Shown: positions 38,201 through 50,200 of the stretch, piece by piece
How positions within the stretch are numbered: the first letter of the stretch is position 1
Layout: each line of letters opens with the position of its first letter
Assembly: GCA_002269645.1 (NCBI GenBank)
Contig: NIVC01000183.1
Coordinates: 1 to 64,000, forward strand
DNA: 64,000 bases
Origin: Macrostomum lignano
Lineage: Eukaryota
Reading direction: 5' to 3'
Made by a program: the position numbers and the translations under genes
Notes under the pieces: generated by a model
Databases searched by the model: none
Told to the model about the DNA's origin: nothing
What the model saw: only the letters and a program-made list of their open reading frames with translations

Positions 38201-41200
38201 TGGTCCTCGTACTCGATCCGGACCTCATCGACGTCCTGGTCGAGGTGCTTCACCAAGTTCTTTATGTCGTCGACTTCTGCACCAATGGACTCATCGCGCT
38301 GCTCAGCATCAGTACCCTGCTGCAGGTTTCGAGCAAGCACGCTTTCCTCGGTCTCTTCAGCGAGATCGGCTGACTGGCTTTCGTGACGAAGCTCTCGGAT
38401 CGGAGGCTCCGGCAATTCCATCGAAACCTGTTGGTCCTCGTACTCGATCCGGACCTCATCGACGTCCTGGTCGAGGTGCTTCACCAAGTTCTTTATGTCG
38501 TCGACTTCTGCACCAATGGACTCATCGCGCTGCTCAGCATCAGTACCCTGCTGCAGGTTTCGAGCAAGCACGCTTTCCTCGGTCTCTTCAGCGAGATCGG
38601 CTGACTGGCTTTCGTGACGAAGCTCTCGATCGGAGGCTCCGAAATTTCGATTGACAGTTGCTGATCCTGTGTCGAAGCTTCTTTTGTTGCTGCATCGCTA
38701 CTTCCGACTTGCTCCTGGTTGTCCTGTTCGCTACTTTTGGTTTGACTAACTGTATCTGGGTCTCTTGACATTGACGGCACTTGTGTTTTGTTAGTCTCGC
38801 TGTCATTTCTCTGTGCTAGTTGACTTGATTGCTTCCTACGGAAGCTCGCCTCGTTTTCCGCGTTTCCAGCTGTGTCCAAGTCGGAGACATTATACGATCC
38901 TCTGTGTCGCTTAAAAACACCCAGGAACTTTCCGAACACGTTCTTTTTGTGCTTTGGTGGGTATGATGACTCGAGTGGCATCGAGCTTAGAGAATCAGAG
39001 CTCTGACTTTTATCGTCGTGCGTTCCAGTCACACTTACACTGTGGGGTCTCGTCTGAGGTTTTTCTCTCTTTTCCGAGCTCTCACCAGATGTGTGTCGCA
39101 GCCTTACTTTTGATTCGATGGGCGGAAACTCTGCACTTCCCAAAGACAAGCGTTTTACTATTTTTGATGACTTTGGCTCGGCCAGATCTATCGACCTACT
39201 CTCGTTTCTTTCGTCGACGGGTGCGTCCTTAATATGATGCAGGAGATCGTCTGACTGCCAGGATCGATCGCTCTCCTTGGAAATTTGACTATCGCGATCA
39301 AACGAGTGCCCGTAGCGGGGAGGCTCGTGGATGATAGGCTCCGGCAATTCCATCGAAATCTGTTGGTCCTCGTACTCGATCCGGACCTCATCGACGTCCT
39401 GGTCGAGGTGCTTCACCAAGTTCTTTATGTCGTCGACTTCTGCACCAATGGACTCATCGCGCTGCTCAGCATCAGTACCCTGCTGCAGGTTTCGAGCAAG
39501 CACGCTTTCCTCGGTCTCTTCAGCGAGATCGGCTGACTGGCTTTCGTGACGAAGCTCTCGGATCGGAGGCTCCGGCAATTCCATCGAAACCTGTTGGTCC
39601 TCGTACTCGATCCGGACCTCATCGACGTCCTGGTCGAGGTGCTTCACCAAGTTCTTTATGTCGTCGACTTCTGCACCAATTGACTCATCGCGCTGCTCAG
39701 CATCAGTACCCTGCTGCAGCTTTCGAGCAAGCACGCTTTCCTCGGTCTCTTCAGCGAGATCGGCTGACTGGCTTTCGTGACGAAGCTCTCGGATCGGAGG
39801 CTCCGGCAATTCCATCGAAACCTGTTGGTCCTCGTACTCGATCCGGACCTCATCGACGTCCTGGTCGAGGTGCTTCACCAAGTTCTTTATGTCGTCGACT
39901 TCTGCACCAATTGACTCATCGCGCTGCTCAGCATCAGTACCCTGCTGCAGGTTTCGAGCAAGCACGCTTTCCTCGGTCTCTTCAGCGAGATCGGCTGACT
40001 GGCTTTCGTGACGAAGCTCTCGGATCGGAGGCTCCGGCAATTCCATCGAAACCTGTTGGTCCTCGTACTCGATCCGGACCTCATCGACGTCCTGGTCGAG
40101 GTGCTTCACCAAGTTCTTTATGTCGTCGACTTCTGCACCAATTGACTCATCGCGCTGCTCAGCATCAGTACCCTGCTGCAGCTTTCGAGCAAGCACGCTT
40201 TCCTCGGTCTCTTCAGCGAGATCGGCTGACTGGCTTTCGTGACGAAGCTCTCGGATCGGAGGCTCCGAAATTTCGATTGACAGTTGCTGATCCTGTGTCG
40301 AAGCTTCTTTTGTTGCTGCATCGCTACTTCCGACTTGCTCCTGGTTGTCCTGTTCGCTACTTTTGGTTTGACTAACTGTATCTGGGTCTCTTGACATTGA
40401 CGGCACTTGTGTTTTGTTAGTCTCGCTGTCATTTCTCTGTGCTAGTTGACTTGATTGCTTCCTACGGAAGCTCGCCTCGTTTTCCGCGTTTCCAGCTGTG
40501 TCCAAGTCGGAGACATTATACGATCCTCTGTGTCGCTTAAAAACACCCAGGAACTTTCCGAACACGTTCTTTTTGTGCTTTGGTGGGTATGATGACTCGA
40601 GTGGCATCGAGCTTAGAGAATCAGAGCTCTGACTTTTATCGTCGTGCGTTCCAGTCACACTTACACTGTGGGGTCTCGTCTGAGGTTTTTCTCTCTTTTC
40701 CGAGCTCTCACCAGATGTGTGTCGCAGCCTTACTTTTGATTCGATGGGCGGAAACTCTGCACTTCCCAAAGACAAGCGTTTTACTATTTTTGATGACTTT
40801 GGCTCGGCCAGATCTATCGACCTACTCTCGTTTCTTTCGTCGACGGGTGCGTCCTTAATATGATGCAGGAGATCGTCTGACTGCCAGGATCGATCGCTCT
40901 CCTTGGAAATTTGACTATCGCGATCAAACGAGTGCCCGTAGCGGGGAGGCTCGTGGATGATAGGCTCCGGCAATTCCATCGAAATCTGTTGGTCCTCGTA
41001 CTCGATCCGGACCTCATCGACGTCCTGGTCGAGGTGCTTCACCAAGTTCTTTATGTCGTCGACTTCTGCACCAATGGACTCATCGCGCTGCTCAGCATCA
41101 GTACCCTGCTGCAGGTTTCGAGCAAGCACGCTTTCCTCGGTCTCTTCAGCGAGATCGGCTGACTGGCTTTCGTGACGAAGCTCTCGGATCGGAGGCTCCG

Positions 41201-44200
41201 GCAATTCCATCGAAACCTGTTGGTCCTCGTACTCGATCCGGACCTCATCGACGTCCTGGTCGAGGTGCTTCACCAAGTTCTTTATGTCGTCGACTTCTGC
41301 ACCAATTGACTCATCGCGCTGCTCAGCATCAGTACCCTGCTGCAGCTTTCGAGCAAGCACGCTTTCCTCGGTCTCTTCAGCGAGATCGGCTGACTGGCTT
41401 TCGTGACGAAGCTCTCGGATCGGAGGCTCCGGCAATTCCATCGAAACCTGTTGGTCCTCGTACTCGATCCGGACCTCATCGACGTCCTGGTCGAGGTGCT
41501 TCACCAAGTTCTTTATGTCGTCGACTTCTGCACCAATGGACTCATCGCGCTGCTCAGCATCAGTACCCTGCTGCAGGTTTCGAGCAAGCACGCTTTCCTC
41601 GGTCTCTTCAGCGAGATCGGCTGACTGGCTTTCGTGACGAAGCTCTCGATCGGAGGCTCCGGCAATTCCATCGAAACCTGTTGGTCCTCGTACTCGATCC
41701 GGACCTCATCGACGTCCTGGTCGAGGTGCTTCACCAAGTTCTTTATGTCGTCGACTTCTGCACCAATTGACTCATCGCGCTGCTCAGCATCAGTACCCTG
41801 CTGCAGGTTTCGAGCAAGCACGCTTTCCTCGGTCTCTTCAGCGAGATCGGCTGACTGGCTTTCGTGACGAAGCTCTCGGATCGGAGGCTCCGGCAATTCC
41901 ATCGAAACCTGTTGGTCCTCGTACTCGATCCGGACCTCATCGACGTCCTGGTCGAGGTGCTTCACCAAGTTCTTTATGTCGTCGACTTCTGCACCAATGG
42001 ACTCATCGCGCTGCTCAGCATCAGTACCCTGCTGCAGGTTTCGAGCAAGCACGCTTTCCTCGGTCTCTTCAGCGAGATCGGCTGACTGGCTTTCGTGACG
42101 AAGCTCTCGGATCGGAGGCTCCGGCAATTCCATCGAAACCTGTTGGTCCTCGTACTCGATCCGGACCTCATCGACGTCCTGGTCGAGGTGCTTCACCAAG
42201 TTCTTTATGTCGTCGACTTCTGCACCAATGGACTCATCGCGCTGCTCAGCATCAGTACCCTGCTGCAGGTTTCGAGCAAGCACGCTTTCCTCGGTCTCTT
42301 CAGCGAGATCGGCTGACTGGCTTTCGTGACGAAGCTCTCGGATCGGAGGCTCCGGCAATTCCATCGAAACCTGTTGGTCCTCGTACTCGATCCGGACCTC
42401 ATCGACGTCCTGGTCGAGGTGCTTCACCAAGTTCTTTATGTCGTCGACTTCTGCACCAATGGACTCATCGCGCTGCTCAGCATCAGTACCCTGCTGCAGG
42501 TTTCGAGCAAGCACGCTTTCCTCGGTCTCTTCAGCGAGATCGGCTGACTGCCAGGATCGATCGCTCTCCTTGGAAATTTGACTATCGCGATCAAACGAGT
42601 GCCCGTAGCGGGGAGGCTCGTGGATGATAGGCTCCGGCAATTCCATCGAAATCTGTTGGTCCTCGTACTCGATCCGGACCTCATCGACGTCCTGGTCGAG
42701 GTGCTTCACCAAGTTCTTTATGTCGTCGACTTCTGCACCAATTGACTCATCGCGCTGCTCAGCATCAGTACCCTGCTGCAGCTTTCGAGCAAGCACGCTT
42801 TCCTCGGTCTCTTCAGCGAGATCGGCTGACTGGCTTTCGTGACGAAGCTCTCGGATCGGAGGCTCCGGCAATTCCATCGAAATCTGTTGGTCCTCGTACT
42901 CGATCCGGACCTCATCGACGTCCTGGTCGAGGTGCTTCACCAAGTTCTTTATGTCGTCGACTTCTGCACCAATTGACTCATCGCGCTGCTCAGCATCAGT
43001 ACCCTGCTGCAGGTTTCGAGCAAGCACGCTTTCCTCGGTCTCTTCAGCGAGATCGGCTGACTGGCTTTCGTGACGAAGCTCTCGGATCGGAGGCTCCGGC
43101 AATTCTATCGAAACCTGTTGGTCCTCGTACTCGATCCGGACCTCATCGACGTCCTGGTCGAGGTGCTTTACCAAGTTCTTTATGTCGTCGACTTCTGCAC
43201 CAATTGACTCATCGCGCTGCTCAGCATCAGTACCCTGCTGCAGGTTTCGAGCAAGCACGCTTTCCTCGGTCTCTTCAGCGAGATCGGCTGACTGGCTTTC
43301 GTGACGAAGCTCTCGGATCGGAGGCTCCGGCAATTCCATCGAAACCTGTTGGTCCTCGTACTCGATCCGGACCTCATCGACGTCCTGGTCGAGGTGCTTC
43401 ACCAAGTTCTTTATGTCGTCGACTTCTGCACCAATGGACTCATCGCGCTGCTCAGCATCAGTACCCTGCTGCAGGTTTCGAGCAAGCACGCTTTCCTCGG
43501 TCTCTTCAGCGAGATCGGCTGACTGGCTTTCGTGACGAAGCTCTCGGATCGGAGGCTCCGGCAATTCCATCGAAACCTGTTGGTCCTCGTACTCGATCCG
43601 GACCTCATCGACGTCCTGGTCGAGGTGCTTCACCAAGTTCTTTATGTCGTCGACTTCTGCACCAATTGACTCATCGCGCTGCTCAGCATCAGTACCCTGC
43701 TGCAGGTTTCGAGCAAGCACGCTTTCCTCGGTCTCTTCAGCGAGATCGGCTGACTGGCTTTCGTGACGAAACTCTCGGAGCGGAGGCTCCGGCAATTCCA
43801 TCGAAATCTGTTGGTCCTCGTACTCGATCCGGACCTCATCGACGTCCTGGTCGAGGTGCTTCACCAAGTTCTTTATGTCGTCGACTTCTGCACCAATGGA
43901 CTCATCGCGCTGCTCAGCATCAGTACCCTGCTGCAGGTTTCGAGCAAGCACGCTTTCCTCGTCTCTTCAGCGAGATCGGCTGACTGGCTTTCGTGACGAA
44001 GCTCTCGGATCGGAGGCTCCGGCAATTCCATCGAAATCTGTTGGTCCTCGTACTCGATCCGGACCTCATCGACGTCCTGGTCGAGGTGCTTCACCAAGTT
44101 CTTTATGTCGTCGACTTCTGCACCAATGGACTCATCGCGCTGCTCAGCATCAGTACCCTGCTGCAGCTTTCGAGCAAGCACGCTTTCCTCGGTCTCTTCA

Positions 44201-47200
44201 GCGAGATCGGCTGACTGGCTTTCGTGACGAAGCTCTCGGATCGGAGGCTCCGGCAATTCCATCGAAACCTGTTGGTCCTCGTACTCGATCCGGACCTCAT
44301 CGACGTCCTGGTCGAGGTGCTTCACCAAGTTCTTTATGTCGTCGACTTCTGCACCAATTGACTCATCGCGCTGCTCAGCATCAGTACCCTGCTGCAGGTT
44401 TCGAGCAAGCACGCTTTCCTCGGTCTCTTCAGCGAGATCGGCTGACTGGCTTTCGTGACGAAGCTCTCGGATCGGAGGCTCCGGCAATTCCATCGAAACC
44501 TGTTGGTCCTCGTACTCGATCCGGACCTCATCGACGTCCTGGTCGAGGTGCTTCACCAAGTTCTTTATGTCGTCGACTTCTGCACCAATTGACTCATCGC
44601 GCTGCTCAGCATCAGTACCCTGCTGCAGCTTTCGAGCAAGCACGCTTTCCTCGGTCTCTTCAGCGAGATCGGCTGACTGGCTTTCGTGACGAAGCTCTCG
44701 GATCGGAGGCTCCGAAATTTCGATTGACAGTTGCTGATCCTGTGTCGAAGCTTCTTTTGTTGCTGCATCGCTACTTCCGACTTGCTCCTGGTTGTCCTGT
44801 TCGCTACTTTTGGTTTGACTAACTGTATCTGGGTCTCTTGACATTGACGGCACTTGTGTTTTGTTAGTCTCGCTGTCATTTCTCTGTGCTAGTTGACTTG
44901 ATTGCTTCCTACGGAAGCTCGCCTCGTTTTCCGCGTTTCCAGCTGTGTCCAAGTCGGAGACATTATACGATCCTCTGTGTCGCTTAAAAACACCCAGGAA
45001 CTTTCCGAACACGTTCTTTTTGTGCTTTGGTGGGTATGATGACTCGAGTGGCATCGAGCTTAGAGAATCAGAGCTCTGACTTTTATCGTCGTGCGTTCCA
45101 GTCACACTTACACTGTGGGGTCTCGTCTGAGGTTTTTCTCTCTTTTCCGAGCTCTCACCAGATGTGTGTCGCAGCCTTACTTTTGATTCGATGGGCGGAA
45201 ACTCTGCACTTCCCAAAGACAAGCGTTTTACTATTTTTGATGACTTTGGCTCGGCCAGATCTATCGACCTACTCTCGTTTCTTTCGTCGACGGGTGCGTC
45301 CTTAATATGATGCAGGAGATCGTCTGACTGCCAGGATCGATCGCTCTCCTTGGAAATTTGACTATCGCGATCAAACGAGTGCCCGTAGCGGGGAGGCTCG
45401 TGATGATAGGCTCCGGCAATTCCATCGAAATCTGTTGGTCCTCGTACTCGATCCGGACCTCATCGACGTCCTGGTCGAGGTGCTTCACCAAGTTCTTTAT
45501 GTCGTCGACTTCTGCACCAATGGACTCATCGCGCTGCTCAGCATCAGTACCCTGCTGCAGGTTTCGAGCAAGCACGCTTTCCTCGGTCTCTTCAGCGAGA
45601 TCGGCTGACTGGCTTTCGTGACGAAGCTCTCGGATCGGAGGCTCCGGCAATTCCATCGAAACCTGTTGGTCCTCGTACTCGATCCGGACCTCATCGACGT
45701 CCTGGTCGAGGTGCTTCACCAAGTTCTTTATGTCGTCGACTTCTGCACCAATTGACTCATCGCGCTGCTCAGCATCAGTACCCTGCTGCAGCTTTCGAGC
45801 AAGCACGCTTTCCTCGGTCTCTTCAGCGAGATCGGCTGACTGGCTTTCGTGACGAAGCTCTCGGATCGGAGGCTCCGGCAATTCCATCGAAACCTGTTGG
45901 TCCTCGTACTCGATCCGGACCTCATCGACGTCCTGGTCGAGGTGCTTCACCAAGTTCTTTATGTCGTCGACTTCTGCACCAATGGACTCATCGCGCTGCT
46001 CAGCATCAGTACCCTGCTGCAGCTTTCGAGCAAGCACGCTTTCCTCGGTCTCTTCAGCGAGATCGGCTGACTGGCTTTCGTGACGAAGCTCTCGGATCGG
46101 AGGCTCCGGCAATTCCATCGAAACCTGTTGGTCCTCGTACTCGATCCGGACCTCATCGACGTCCTGGTCGAGGTGCTTCACCAAGTTCTTTATGTCGTCG
46201 ACTTCTGCACCAATTGACTCATCGCGCTGCTCAGCATCAGTACCCTGCTGCAGGTTTCGAGCAAGCACGCTTTCCTCGGTCTCTTCAGCGAGATCGGCTG
46301 ACTGGCTTTCGTGACGAAGCTCTCGGATCGGAGGCTCCGAAATTTCGATTGACAGTTGCTGATCCTGTGTCGAAGCTTCTTTTGTTGCTGCATCGCTACT
46401 TCCGACTTGCTCCTGGTTGTCCTGTTCGCTACTTTTGGTTTGACTAACTGTATCTGGGTCTCTTGACATTGACGGCACTTGTGTTTTGTTAGTCTCGCTG
46501 TCATTTCTCTGTGCTAGTTGACTTGATTGCTTCCTACGGAAGCTCGCCTCGTTTTCCGCGTTTCTAGCTGTGTCCAAGTCGGAGACATTATACGATCGTC
46601 TGTGTCGCTTAAAAACACCCAGGAACTTTCCGAACACGTTCTTTTTGTGCTTTGGTGGGTATGATGACTCGAGTGGCATCGAGCTTAGAGAATCAGAGCT
46701 CTGACTTTTATCGTCGTGCGTTCCAGTCACACTTACACTGTGGGGTCTCGTCTGAGGTTTTTCTCTCTTTTCCGAGCTCTCACCAGATGTGTGTCGCAGC
46801 CTTACTTTTGATTCGATGGGCGGAAACTCTGCACTTCCCAAAGACAAGCGTTTTACTATTTTTGATGACTTTGGCTCGGCCAGATCTATCGACCTACTCT
46901 CGTTTCTTTCGTCGACGGGTGCGTCCTTAATATGATGCAGGAGATCGTCTGACTGCCAGGATCGATCGCTCTCCTTGGAAATTTGACTATCGCGATCAAA
47001 CGAGTGCCCGTAGCGGGGAGGCTCGTGGATGATAGGCTCCGGCAATTCCATCGAAATCTGTTGGTCCTCGTACTCGATCCGGACCTCATCGACGTCCTGG
47101 TCGAGGTGCTTCACCAAGTTCTTTATGTCGTCGACTTCTGCACCAATGGACTCATCGCGCTGCTCAGCATCAGTACCCTGCTGCAGGTTTCGAGCAAGCA

Positions 47201-50200
47201 CGCTTTCCTCGGTCTCTTCAGCGAGATCGGCTGACTGGCTTTCGTGACGAAGCTCTCGGATCGGAGGCTCCGGCAATTCCATCGAAACCTGTTGGTCCTC
47301 GTACTCGATCCGGACCTCATCGACGTCCTGGTCGAGGTGCTTCACTAAGTTCTTTATGTCGTCGACTTCTGCACCAATGGACTCATCGCGCTGCTCAGCA
47401 TCAGTACCCTGCTGCAGCTTTCGAGCAAGCACGCTTTCCTCGGTCTCTTCAGCGAGATCGGCTGACTGGCTTTCGTGACGAAGCTCTCGGATCGGAGGCT
47501 CCGGCAATTCCATCGAAACCTGTTGGTCCTCGTACTCGATCCGGACCTCATCGACGTCCTGGTCGAGGTGCTTCACCAAGTTCTTTATGTCGTCGACTTC
47601 TGCACCAATGGACTCATCGCGCTGCTCAGCATCAGTACCCTGCTGCAGGTTTCGAGCAAGCACGCTTTCCTCGGTCTCTTCAGCGAGATCGGCTGACTGG
47701 CTTTCGTGACGAAGCTCTCGGATCGGAGGCTCCGGCAATTCCATCGAAACCTGTTGGTCCTCGTACTCGATCCGGACCTCATCGACGTCCTGGTCGAGGT
47801 GCTTCACCAAGTTCTTTATGTCGTCGACTTCTGCACCAATGGACTCATCGCGCTGCTCAGCATCAGTACCCTGCTGCAGCTTTCGAGCAAGCACGCTTTC
47901 CTCGGTCTCTTCAGCGAGATCGGCTGACTGGCTTTCGTGACGAAGCTCTCGGATCGGAGGCTCCGAAATTTCGATTGACAGTTGCTGATCCTGTGTCGAA
48001 GCTTCTTTTGTTGCTGCATCGCTACTTCCGACTTGCTCCTGGTTGTCCTGTTCGCTACTTTTGGTTTGACTAACTGTATCTGGGTCTCTTGACATTGACG
48101 GCACTTGTGTTTTGTTAGTCTCGCTGTCATTTCTCTGTGCTAGTTGACTTGATTGCTTCCTACGGAAGCTCGCCTCGTTTTCCGCGTTTCTAGCTGTGTC
48201 CAAGTCGGAGACATTATACGATCCTCTGTGTCGCTTAAAAACACCCAGGAACTTTCCGAACACGTTCTTTTTGTGCTTTGGTGGGTATGATGACTCGAGT
48301 GGCATCGAGCTTAGAGAATCAGAGCTCTGACTTTTATCGTCGTGCGTTCCAGTCACACTTACACTGTGGGGTCTCGTCTGAGGTTTTTCTCTCTTTTCCG
48401 AGCTCTCACCAGATGTGTGTCGCAGCCTTACTTTTGATTCGATGGGCGGAAACTCTGCACTTCCCAAAGACAAGCGTTTTACTATTTTTGATGACTTTGG
48501 CTCGGCCAGATCTATCGACCTACTCTCGTTTCTTTCGTCGACGGGTGCGTCCTTAATATGATGCAGGAGATCGTCTGACTGCCAGGATCGATCGCTCTCC
48601 TTGGAAATTTGACTATCGCGATCAAACGAGTGCCCGTAGCGGGGAGGCTCGTGGATGATAGGCTCCGGCAATTCCATCGAAATCTGTTGGTCCTCGTACT
48701 CGATCCGGACCTCATCGACGTCCTGGTCGAGGTGCTTCACCAAGTTCTTTATGTCGTCGACTTCTGCACCAATGGACTCATCGCGCTGCTCAGCATCAGT
48801 ACCCTGCTGCAGGTTTCGAGCAAGCACGCTTTCCTCGGTCTCTTCAGCGAGATCGGCTGACTGGCTTTCGTGACGAAGCTCTCGGATCGGAGGCTCCGGC
48901 AATTCCATCGAAACCTGTTGGTCCTCGTACTCGATCCGGACCTCATCGACGTCCTGGTCGAGGTGCTTCACCAAGTTCTTTATGTCGTCGACTTCTGCAC
49001 CAATGGACTCATCGCGCTGCTCAGCATCAGTACCCTGCTGCAGGTTTCGAGCAAGCACGCTTTCCTCGGTCTCTTCAGCGAGATCGGCTGACTGGCTTTC
49101 GTGACGAAGCTCTCGGATCGGAGGCTCCGAAATTTCGATTGACAGTTGCTGATCCTGTGTCGAAGCTTTTTTTGTTGCTGCATCGCTACTTCCGACTTGC
49201 TCCTGGTTGTCCTGTTCGCTACTTTTGGTTTGACTAACTGTATCTGGGTCTCTTGACATTGACGGCACTTGTGTTTTGTTAGTCTCGCTGTCATTTCTCT
49301 GTGCTAGTTGACTTGATTGCTTCCTACGGAAGCTCGCCTCGTTTTCCGCGTTTCTAGCTGTGTCCAAGTCGGAGACATTATACGATCGTCTGTGTCGCTT
49401 AAAAACACCCAGGAACTTTCCGAACACGTTCTTTTTGTGCTTTGGTGGGTATGATGACTCGAGTGGCATCGAGCTTAGAGAATCAGAGCTCTGACTTTTA
49501 TCGTCGTGCGTTCCAGTCACACTTACACTGTGGGGTCTCGTCTGAGGTTTTTCTCTCTTTTCCGAGCTCTCACCAGATGTGTGTCGCAGCCTTACTTTTG
49601 ATTCGATGGGCGGAAACTCTGCACTTCCCAAAGACAAGCGTTTTACTATTTTTGATGACTTTGGCTCGGCCAGATCTATCGACCTACTCTCGTTTCTTTC
49701 GTCGACGGGTGCGTCCTTAATATGATGCAGGAGATCGTCTGACTGCCAGGATCGATCGCTCTCCTTGGAAATTTGACTATCGCGATCAAACGAGTGCCCG
49801 TAGCGGGGAGGCTCGTGGATGATAGGCTCCGGCAATTCCATCGAAATCTGTTGGTCCTCGTACTCGATCCGGACCTCATCGACGTCCTGGTCGAGGTGCT
49901 TCACCAAGTTCTTTATGTCGTCGACTTCTGCACCAATGGACTCATCGCGCTGCTCAGCATCAGTACCCTGCTGCAGGTTTCGAGCAAGCACGCTTTCCTC
50001 GGTCTCTTCAGCGAGATCGGCTGACTGGCTTTCGTGACGAAGCTCTCGGATCGGAGGCTCCGGCAATTCCATCGAAACCTGTTGGTCCTCGTACTCGATC
50101 CGGACCTCATCGACGTCCTGGTCGAGGTGCTTCACCAAGTTCTTTATGTCGTCGACTTCTGCACCAATGGACTCATCGCGCTGCTCAGCATCAGTACCCT

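Noticed and set aside
35052-38654. 1200-aa plus-strand ORF and its many smaller antisense or alternate-frame copies (MTHRAAQ..., MTKLSDRR..., MRSGSSTR...)
   Set aside because: Shadow frames of the 231-bp coding repeat. They stay open only because the unit lacks a stop in that frame.
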